Source: an uncultured Dehalococcoidia bacterium
GTDB taxonomy: Bacteria > Chloroflexota > Dehalococcoidia > SM23-28-2
Length of the DNA: 63,460 nt
Direction of reading: 5' to 3'
NCBI GenBank assembly: GCA_964512285.1
Contig: CAZEJO010000001.1
Location: forward strand, 45,784 to 109,243
Shown: positions 47,944 through 54,808 of the stretch, piece after piece
Layout of the letters: each line of letters begins with the position of its first letter
Position numbering within the stretch: position 1 is the stretch's first letter
Notes under the pieces: model-generated
Told to the model about the DNA's origin: nothing
Databases searched by the model: none
What the model saw: the letters and a program-made list of their open reading frames with translations, nothing else
Translations under genes and position numbers: made by a program

Positions 47944-48756
47944 TCAGTCGCGGGGATGCTTGGCCAGGAACCCTAGCAGCGCTCGGTTGAACGCCTCCGG
48001 CTGCTCGAGGTTGAGCAGGTGGCCGGCGTCGGGGATGACCTCGATGCGGGCGGTGGCGATGTTGGCGGCCAGGATCTCGGCGATGAGGCGGAAGTCGGGC
48101 AGGTCCATCTCGCCGACCAGCACCAGCGTGGGCGCGCTGACCTCGTGCAGGCGGTCGATGACCTGCCACTGCGGCTGGGGGTACTCGGTCTCGTCGAGGT
48201 AGTCGCGGGCGGGGTAGGCCAGGACGATGCTCTTGAGGAAATCGAAGCGGTCGGGGAAGCGGCGGACGCCGTCGAACAGGGGATGCGTCAGCCAGACCTG
48301 ATCGAGGGCGGTTCGCGGCCCCTCGCTGCGGGCGACGCGCACCAGCTCCTCGACGGCGTCGGCGTACTCGGGCGAGTAGTCGAAGCCGGGCACGGTGGAG
48401 TCGACGAGCACCAGGGAGGCGATGCGCTGGGGGTGATCGAGGGCGAACTGGAGGGCGATGCCGCCGCCCATGGAGAGCGCTACCAGATGGGCGGGCACGT
48501 CGACTTTCAGGTGGTCGAGGAGGTCGCGCAGGTCGAGGGAGTAGTTCTGGTAAGTGTAGCTGCTGGCAGGGGCCTCGCTCTGGCCGTGGCCGCGGACGTC
48601 GTAGCGGACGACGCGATAGCCGCCGTCGACGAGGGGCGCGACCTGGGCGTCCCACAGGCGGAGGTCGAGGGTGTGGCCGTGGATGAGCACGACCGGCGGG
48701 CCCTGGCCGGCCTCCTCGTAGAAGGTGGCGATGTCGTTAGTCGAGACGTGAGGCAT
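47944..48756 (-). CDS. Alpha/beta hydrolase
   Basis: PVVLIHGHT, nucleophile elbow LSMGGG, C-terminal IPDAGHL. Confidence 0.85.
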   Translation of the reverse strand: MPHVSTNDIATFYEEAGQGPPVVLIHGHTLDLRLWDAQVAPLVDGGYRVVRYDVRGHGQSEAPASSYTYQNYSLDLRDLLDHLKVDVPAHLVALSMGGGIALQFALDHPQRIASLVLVDSTVPGFDYSPEYADAVEELVRVARSEGPRTALDQVWLTHPLFDGVRRFPDRFDFLKSIVLAYPARDYLDETEYPQPQWQVIDRLHEVSAPTLVLVGEMDLPDFRLIAEILAANIATARIEVIPDAGHLLNLEQPEAFNRALLGFLAKHPRD

Positions 48757-48812
48757 GGCGATAGACCTGCATTATCGGATCGGAGGCGACAAAACGCAAC
48801 CCCCGGCTCGAG

Positions 48813-49436
48813 CTAGCGGTCGATGATGTGATCGCGGATGGCCAGGGGCGGTCGCGGCGGCAGGCGGAGGCCCTTCTTGGGGTAGCCGAGGGCGATGAGG
48901 GCCTGCGGTTGGAAGTCGGGGGGCAGGTCGAGGGTGAGGCGGACGGCGTCGGGGCAGAAGAGGGGCGCGGAGAGCCAGTAGCTAGCGAGGCCGCGGGCGT
49001 GAGCGGCCAGCATCAGGCTTTGTATGGCAGCGCCCAGGCTCTGGACGAACATGAGCTCCTCTGCTCGCCGGCGGCGCTCGTCGGGCCAGGGGCGCTGGGC
49101 ATCGCTGACGACGCCGGCCAGGATGAGGACGGGCGCGGCAGCGAGGCGGGCTCGCGAGCGGTCCAGCAGGCGGCGGATGCGCGCCTCGGGCACGCCGTCG
49201 CGCTGTAGGTCCTGGCGCCAGCGCTCGCTCATGGCGTCGGTCAGGGCAGCCCTGGCGTCGGCGGAGAGGATGACGAAGCGCCAGGGGCGGCTGTGGTGGG
49301 GGGCGGGGGCCAGGCAGGCGGCGGCGATGACCTCCTCGACGAGGGCTGGCTGCACGGGGCGCGAGGCGAACTGGCGGACGGACCGGCGGCCGGCGAGAGC
49401 GGCGTCGAGGGTCATGGGGGGCATGGCGGTGGTCAT
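48813..49436 (-). CDS. Nitroreductase-fold protein resembling the FbiB C-terminal (dehydro-F420-0 reductase) domain
   Basis: RRSVRQFASRPV..APAPHHSRPWRFVIL..IALGYP. Lies next to cofC/cofD. Confidence 0.6.
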   Translation of the reverse strand: MTTAMPPMTLDAALAGRRSVRQFASRPVQPALVEEVIAAACLAPAPHHSRPWRFVILSADARAALTDAMSERWRQDLQRDGVPEARIRRLLDRSRARLAAAPVLILAGVVSDAQRPWPDERRRRAEELMFVQSLGAAIQSLMLAAHARGLASYWLSAPLFCPDAVRLTLDLPPDFQPQALIALGYPKKGLRLPPRPPLAIRDHIIDR

Positions 49437-49451
49437 GCTAGTCCGTGGTAG

Positions 49452-49680
49452 TCATGATGAGCTTGCCCAAGAAGCACTCCGCTCATGGTGAGCCTATCTA
49501 GAATACTCCGCTCGTGGTGAGCCTATCTAGAATACTCCGCTCATGGTGAGCTTGTCGAACCATGAGGGTGTGTTCGCTCGTCCTTCGACAGGCTCAGGAT
49601 GAGCGGATGTGGGCTCAGGATGAGGTGGGGTCACGATGAAGCGGATGTGGGGCTCAGGATGAGCGGATGTGGGCTAGGGA
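49452..49680 (+). repeat. Composite hairpin-repeat locus B (Y x ~3, Y', X, then degenerate half-X tandem units)
   Basis: 29-bp units CTCCGCTC[A/G]TGGTGAGCCTATCTAGAATA at 49477 and 49506. Y' ..GAGCTTGTCGAACCATGAG. X GCTCGTCCTTCGACAGGCTCAGGATGAGCGG. Then GGCTCAGGATGAG[C/G]GG.. repeats. Confidence 0.9.
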
Positions 49681-50301
49681 TGCCAGGAGCTGCTGGCTGC
49701 GGCTGCCGTTCGGGTGGGCGAGAACGGCGGCGAGGTCATTCGGGCGGTCGATGTCGAGGGCAAGAGAGGGGAGGGGCAATACTGCGAGCGGGAGGCCGTG
49801 GGCCGTTGCCTCGCGCTGGTGGGCGGCCGAGCTGCGGTGGCCGAAGCGGAAGGGGATGAGGCCGGGCGGTTGTAGGGCGAGGGCGTTGGTGCCGCCGCTG
49901 CGCGAGGGGCAGAGGACAATCGACGGGTTGGCATTTATGCGGTTAAGGATAGCCTCTACGTCGGCGGCCGTGGCCAGGGGCACGTCGACGGGGAGGACGA
50001 GGAGGCCGCTGGCGCCTTGCTCGGAGAGCGCGTTCGAGGCGAAGGTGAGGGCGGCGTTCAGACCGCGGGGCTTCGGCGGCTCGCGGATGGGCTGAGCGCC
50101 CAGCTTGCGGGCGAAGGCGAGCACGTCGGCGTCGGGGCTGACGACGGCGGTGGTGGCGACGGCGGGCACGCTCGCCAGCAGGCCGACGACGTCCTCGAGC
50201 ATGGCCATGACCAGGGCCTGGCGCTGGTCGTCGGAGAGGACGGGGCGGAGGCGGCTCTTGGAGTGGCGCAGGGCCTTGACCGGCACCAGGGCGGCGATCA
50301 T
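49654..50301 (-). CDS. cofC: 2-phospho-L-lactate (or PEP) guanylyltransferase
   Basis: MIAALVPVKALRHSKSRL... with the CofC/FbiD fold pattern. The start overlaps the cofD stop. Confidence 0.85.
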   Translation of the reverse strand: MIAALVPVKALRHSKSRLRPVLSDDQRQALVMAMLEDVVGLLASVPAVATTAVVSPDADVLAFARKLGAQPIREPPKPRGLNAALTFASNALSEQGASGLLVLPVDVPLATAADVEAILNRINANPSIVLCPSRSGGTNALALQPPGLIPFRFGHRSSAAHQREATAHGLPLAVLPLPSLALDIDRPNDLAAVLAHPNGSRSQQLLASLAHIRSS

Positions 50302-51320
50302 GCTTTCTTCTTTCGTATCGCGTCCAGCACGCAGCGGGCGAGGGCGGCTTTCTCCTCCATCCCCTTCATTATCGTATCGGTGACGGCTACGTCCAAGCGC
50401 AGGGCCTCGATGCGGGCGCGGTCGGCGGCGTCGGCGACATCGATCACAAGGCAGTCGAGGAAGTCTTCGTAGAGCCAGCCGATCTGCCAGGCGCTGACCT
50501 CCATGCGCAGGCCCTCCATCATCTTGGCGGCCGGGCCCTTGATGACGGCGCCGCCGACGATGGGGCTGACGGCCACCACGCGCGCCTTGGTTTCGCGCAG
50601 GGCCTGGCGGACGCCGGGCAGGGCGAGGATGGGGCCGATGCTGACGATGGGGTTGCTGGGGGCGATGATGACGCCCTCGGCTTTGGTGATGGCGTCGATG
50701 ACGCCGGGCGCAGGCTTGGCGTCCTCGATGCCGGCGAGCTTGAGGCCGCGGAAGGGGTCGGCGGCCTGGCGCTTCACAAGGTACTCCTGGAAGTCGATCA
50801 GACCGTCGGGGGTCTCGACGCGCGTGCGGAGGGGGTCGTTGGTCATGGGCAGGATGGTGACGTCGAGGGCGAAGGCGCGGGCGATCTCGGCGGTGGCTTC
50901 GGACATGGTGCGGCCCTGGCGGAGGAGGTAGGTGCGCTGGATGGAGGTGGCGAGGTCGCGGTCGCCGAGGGAGAACCAGGTTTCGTGGCCGAAGCGGGCG
51001 AGGGCGTCGAGGGCGTGGAAGGTGTCGCCGGCGAGGCCCCAGCCGGGGTCCTCGTTGACCAGAGGCAGTTTAGGCAATGGCTCGCCACCCCCGCCTGAAG
51101 GCGGGGGCATGGATGCCGTCCCGTTTACGGGGCGGTCTGGGGAGAATTCGCTCGCCAGGTGATAGATGACGATGTCGATATCGGGCGAGACGTGGAGGCC
51201 GAACATCTCGAGGTCGTCGCCGGTGTTGGAGACGATGGTGACGTCCTTCTGGGGGACGACCTGGACGAGGCCCTGGAGGAAGCGGGCGGCGCCAACGCCG
51301 CCGGAAAGTACGGTGATCAT
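50298..51320 (-). CDS. cofD: 2-phospho-L-lactate transferase
   Basis: MITVLSGGVGAARFLQGL..GDD..SPDIDIVIY..GWGLAGDTF..APSNPIVSIGPILA. Carries an extra ~29-aa segment (see findings). Confidence 0.9.
   Translation of the reverse strand: MITVLSGGVGAARFLQGLVQVVPQKDVTIVSNTGDDLEMFGLHVSPDIDIVIYHLASEFSPDRPVNGTASMPPPSGGGGEPLPKLPLVNEDPGWGLAGDTFHALDALARFGHETWFSLGDRDLATSIQRTYLLRQGRTMSEATAEIARAFALDVTILPMTNDPLRTRVETPDGLIDFQEYLVKRQAADPFRGLKLAGIEDAKPAPGVIDAITKAEGVIIAPSNPIVSIGPILALPGVRQALRETKARVVAVSPIVGGAVIKGPAAKMMEGLRMEVSAWQIGWLYEDFLDCLVIDVADAADRARIEALRLDVAVTDTIMKGMEEKAALARCVLDAIRKKKA
51088..51135. repeat. Two GC-rich hairpins inside the cofD coding sequence
   Basis: CCCCCGCC-tgaa-GGCGGGGG (51088-51107) and CCGTCCCG-ttta-CGGGGCGG (51116-51135, one G.T pair). 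Confidence 0.8.
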
Positions 51321-51323
51321 GGC

Positions 51324-53705
51324 CTACCGCGCTACCTCCACGATGGTCACGCCTTCGCCGCCTTCCTTGAGGGGGGGCGTCGAGAGGGATTTTACCAGCG
51401 GGTGCGTGCTTAGCGCATCCCTAATCGCCCGGCGCAGAGTGCCGGTGCCCTTGCCGTGGACGATGCGCACCTGGGGCATGCCGGCGCGGAAGGCGGCGTC
51501 CAGGTGCTGGTCGATGAGGGGCAGGGCCTCGCCCACCGACATGCCGCGCACCTCCAGCTCGAGCGGCGGCGGCTCGGAGGGCGGCAGGCTGGTGGCGACG
51601 GTGGGCACCTCCTCGGCCTTGTCGACGCTCTCGACCTCGCTGACGTTGATGCGGCCGCGGAAGGCGCCGAGGCGGACGGCGAGCTCGCCGTGCTCGTCGG
51701 GCGGGCCGAGGGCCTCGGCGGGCTGCGACAGGTCGCGCAGCCAGAGGCGGTCGCCGACGGCGATGGGCGGGAGCGGGCCCTTGCGGCGGGGTTTGCGCTT
51801 GCGGCGCACCTTCTCGACCTGCTCCTCGACGGCCTCGACCTTCTGCTTGGCGGCCGCGAGGGCTTCCTTGGCGGCGGCAGCGGCGGCCTCGCGCTCGGCG
51901 CGGGCGATCTCCTTGGCGGCGGTGCGGAGGCTGGCGCGCGTCTGCTGGAGCTCGCGCTCCATCTCCTGGCGCGTCTTCTCGATGGTGCGATCGTGCTCGG
52001 CGTCGACGGCCATCAGCTTCTCGGCCAGGCCGGCGCGTATGGCCTCGGCCTCGCGGCGGGCGATCTGCTCGGCGCGGGCGGCGTCGGCGGCCTGCTGGCG
52101 TTCGCGCTGGATCTCGGCGAGGAGGCTCTCGAGCTCCTGGCGGTCGGGCGCGATGTGCTGGCGGGCGCGCTCGAGGATATCGGCTGGCATGCCGAGGCGC
52201 TCGGCGATGGCGAGGGCGTTGCTCTGGCCGGGCAGGCCGATGGTGAGGCGATAGGTGGGGGAGAGGGTCTCCAGGTCGAACTCGACGGAGGCGTTGACGA
52301 TGCCGGGCGTCATGTGGGCGAAGAGTTTGAGCTGGCCGTGGTGGGTGGTCGCGACGGTGGTGGCCTCCACGTCGAGCAGGTGGTGGAGGATGGCCTGGGC
52401 GAGCGCCGTACCCTCGCTGGGGTCGGTGCCGGCGCCGAGCTCGTCGAGCAGCACGAGGGTGTTGCGCTCGGCTTCGCTCAGGATGTGGATGATGTTGCCG
52501 ACGTGGGAGCTGAAGGTGGAGAGCGACTGCTCGATGCTCTGCTCGTCGCCGATGTCGGCGTGGACGGCGGTGAACACGGGCAGACGGCTGCCCAGATCGG
52601 CGGGGATGGGCAGGCCGGCCTGGGCCATCAGGGTGAGCAGGCCGACGGTCTTGAGGGCGACCGTCTTGCCGCCGGTGTTGGGGCCGGTGATGAGAACGAT
52701 GGAATAGGAGTCGCCGACCCAGATGGAGATGGGCACGACCTCACCCTTAAGCAGCGGGTGGCGGGCGTTCACCAGGCGCAGCTCGGCGGGGCCGTGGGCG
52801 AGCCAGGGCTGCTCGTCGCTGAGGTAGGGGAGCTCGTTGCAGGCCAGGGCCTCGCCCAGCTTGGCCTTGGCCAGGGCCAGGTCGAGCTCGGCGATCGTCT
52901 GCACGGTCGTCTCGATATCGGCGGCAACTTCGCCGACGCGGTCGCTGAGGGCGCGGAGGATGCGTTCGACCTCGCGCTGCTCCTCGAGCTGGAGCTCGCG
53001 CCAGGCGTTGCCCAGCTCGACGGCGTCGAGGGGCTCGAGGAAGACGGTGGCGCCGCTGCTGGAGACGTCGTGGACAATGCCGGGCAGGTTGCCGCGCATC
53101 TCGGCCTTCACGGGGATGACGTAGCGGCCGTCGCGTAGGGTGACGATGGGTTCCTGGGCCGCCTGGCGGCCCTTCTGCGAAGAGAGGATGTGCTGGAGCT
53201 TGGCGGTCAGGCGGTCGTGGGCGACGCGGGTCTGGCGGCGGAGCTCGGATAGCATGGGGCTGGCGGCGTCGACGACCTCGGAGTGGGGGTTGATGGAGCG
53301 CGAGATCTCGGCGGCCAGGGGCGAGAGGTCGGCCAGACCCTCGGCGAGGGTGGTGAGCAGGGGCAGCCCTTGGATAGCCAGGCGGTGGATGGTGTTGCGG
53401 AGGGATGCGGCCAGGCTGAGGGTGGACTGGATGTCGAGCAGCTCGGCGGGATCGAGGATGCCGGCGAGGGCGGCCTTCTGGGCCTGGGGCCGCACGTCGT
53501 GGGCGCCGCCGAGGCTGAGGTTGGGCTGCATCTCCATGAGGCGGCGGGCCTCGGCGGTGATGCGCTGGCGGTCGACGACCTCGGCGTAGTCGGTGGAGGG
53601 AAGGAGGGCGAGGGCGAGGGCGCGGCCGGCGGAGAAGGAGGTGTGGCGGGCCAGGCGGGCCAGCACCTTATCGAACTCGAGGGTGGCGAGGGTCTTAGGG
53701 TTCAT
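51324..53705 (-). CDS. mutS2: Endonuclease MutS2 (MutS-II ATPase + Smr domain)
   Basis: 793 aa. Walker A ITGPNTGGKTV, LLDELGAGTDP, C-terminal Smr (VRIVHGKGTGTLRRAI). Confidence 0.95.
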   Translation of the reverse strand: MNPKTLATLEFDKVLARLARHTSFSAGRALALALLPSTDYAEVVDRQRITAEARRLMEMQPNLSLGGAHDVRPQAQKAALAGILDPAELLDIQSTLSLAASLRNTIHRLAIQGLPLLTTLAEGLADLSPLAAEISRSINPHSEVVDAASPMLSELRRQTRVAHDRLTAKLQHILSSQKGRQAAQEPIVTLRDGRYVIPVKAEMRGNLPGIVHDVSSSGATVFLEPLDAVELGNAWRELQLEEQREVERILRALSDRVGEVAADIETTVQTIAELDLALAKAKLGEALACNELPYLSDEQPWLAHGPAELRLVNARHPLLKGEVVPISIWVGDSYSIVLITGPNTGGKTVALKTVGLLTLMAQAGLPIPADLGSRLPVFTAVHADIGDEQSIEQSLSTFSSHVGNIIHILSEAERNTLVLLDELGAGTDPSEGTALAQAILHHLLDVEATTVATTHHGQLKLFAHMTPGIVNASVEFDLETLSPTYRLTIGLPGQSNALAIAERLGMPADILERARQHIAPDRQELESLLAEIQRERQQAADAARAEQIARREAEAIRAGLAEKLMAVDAEHDRTIEKTRQEMERELQQTRASLRTAAKEIARAEREAAAAAAKEALAAAKQKVEAVEEQVEKVRRKRKPRRKGPLPPIAVGDRLWLRDLSQPAEALGPPDEHGELAVRLGAFRGRINVSEVESVDKAEEVPTVATSLPPSEPPPLELEVRGMSVGEALPLIDQHLDAAFRAGMPQVRIVHGKGTGTLRRAIRDALSTHPLVKSLSTPPLKEGGEGVTIVEVAR

Positions 53706-53716
53706 TGCGCTCCCGT

Positions 53717-53985
53717 TGGTCGTCCTTCGACAGGCTCAGGACGAGCGGGGTGATGCAACCGGTAAAAGACCCGCTCACGGTGAGCCTACCTAGAGGGTAA
53801 CTCGCTCATGGTGAGCTTGTCGAACCATGGGCCCGCATTCGCTCATCCTTCGACGGGCTCAGGATGAGCGGGGTGATGCAGCCGGTAAGAAACCGCCTCA
53901 TGGTGAGCTTACCTAGAATAGTCCGCTCATGGTGAGCCTACCTAGAATAGTCCGCTCATGGTGAGCCTGTCGAACCATGAGCCCG
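53717..53985 (+). repeat. Composite hairpin-repeat locus C: two consecutive X-linker-Y(n)-Y' units
   Basis: Unit 1 is 53717-53832 and unit 2 is 53836-53985. X = [G/T]CGTCCTTCGACAGGCTCAGGACGAGCGG / GCTCATCCTTCGACGGGCTCAGGATGAGCGG. The linker GGTGATGCA[A/G]CCGGTAA[A/G]A is shared by both units. Confidence 0.9.
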
Positions 53986-54252
53986 CGATAGTCGTGTGAG
54001 GCCGTCCCAGTCGCCTCTAACTAGAGCCTCCTTCTTCCGCCTCGACCAACCCTTCATCTGTCTCTCCCGGAGGAAGGCATCCTCGCGCGAGGGGAATTCC
54101 TCATGGAAGACGAGCTGGACGGGTCGGCGAGAGAGCGTGTATCCTCTGATTTCGCCACGTTGGTGAGCGGCGAGGCGTTTCTCGAGATCGTCTGTGTGAC
54201 CCACATAGTAGGAGCCGTCGGCACAGCGGAGGATGTAGACGCAGAAGCTCAT
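53956..54252 (-). CDS. GIY-YIG nuclease family protein (small UPF0213/YhbQ-like)
   Basis: The start was set at ATG 54252 (MSFCVYILRCADGSYYVGHTDDLEKRLAAH). The last ~10 codons and the stop lie inside repeat module Y'. Confidence 0.85.
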   Translation of the reverse strand: MSFCVYILRCADGSYYVGHTDDLEKRLAAHQRGEIRGYTLSRRPVQLVFHEEFPSREDAFLRERQMKGWSRRKKEALVRGDWDGLTRLSRAHGSTGSP

Positions 54253-54268
54253 GCGATCCACTGCCGTT

Positions 54269-54297
54269 GCTCGTCCTTCGACAGGCTGAGGACGAGC
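54269..54297 (+). repeat. Solo X hairpin module (locus D), 17 nt upstream of the GIY-YIG start
   Basis: GCTCGTCCT-tcgacaggctg-AGGACGAGC, a perfect 9-bp stem. Confidence 0.85.
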
Positions 54298-54316
54298 GGA
54301 TAGGGAGCGGGGCTGA

Positions 54317-54796
54317 TCATCGCACCTGTCGTCCCAGCACCACTGACGTCTCGCGCTGGCGAGCGGGGATGTCCCAGTAGGTGCGCAGGAGGGCGTCGCC
54401 GTCGGGCAGGAGGCGGAAGCCGTGCTTCTCGTAGAAGCGGATGGCCCAGGTGGCGGCGGCCCAGGTGCCCACCAGCAGGCGGTCGGTCGTGGTCAGGGCC
54501 ATGACGTGGCGCATGAGGGCGCCGGCGATGCCCCGCCGCTGGCGGTCGGTGAGCACGTAGCAGTGGCGCACGAGGGTCACGTCCTTGATCGGCTCGAAGC
54601 CGACGACGCCGGTCAGACGTCCGTCCTCCTCCCAGGTGTAGAAGGTCATGCGGGCGGCCTCGCGCTCCAGCTCGTCCATGGGCATGTAGGGCTGATGGTA
54701 GCAGTCGGCGGGGATGGCCCCATCGTAGGCGGTGGCGGCGTCGTTGATGACCTCGTGTATGCGGGCGAGGTCGGCTTGATTGCAGGGTCTAATCAA
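54317..54796 (-). CDS. GNAT family N-acetyltransferase
   Basis: 159 aa with acetyl-CoA motif A RQRRGIAGALMRHV..FYEKHGF. Confidence 0.85.
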   Translation of the reverse strand: MIRPCNQADLARIHEVINDAATAYDGAIPADCYHQPYMPMDELEREAARMTFYTWEEDGRLTGVVGFEPIKDVTLVRHCYVLTDRQRRGIAGALMRHVMALTTTDRLLVGTWAAATWAIRFYEKHGFRLLPDGDALLRTYWDIPARQRETSVVLGRQVR

Positions 54797-54808
54797 TGGG
54801 GGTCTCCA

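Noticed and set aside
46663-48816. Alternate-frame and antisense ORFs over rarA and the alpha/beta hydrolase (46663..47478, 46719..47471, 47906..48655, 48019..48816)
   Set aside because: The annotated frames carry Walker A/B and GxSxG motifs. The competing frames are Pro/Arg/Ala-rich runs without motifs.
49470-49570. Possible CRISPR array (regular ~29-bp repeats; also 53890-53985 and 42828-42937)
   Set aside because: The repeat units are directly abutting with no unique spacers. Units are internally palindromic and belong to a dispersed modular family, and no cas genes are present.
51456-53138. 560-aa and 362-aa plus-strand ORFs (51456..53138, 51166..52254) opposite mutS2
   Set aside because: These are antisense shadows of mutS2. 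They consist of repetitive G/A/L/E/D strings with no recognisable motifs.
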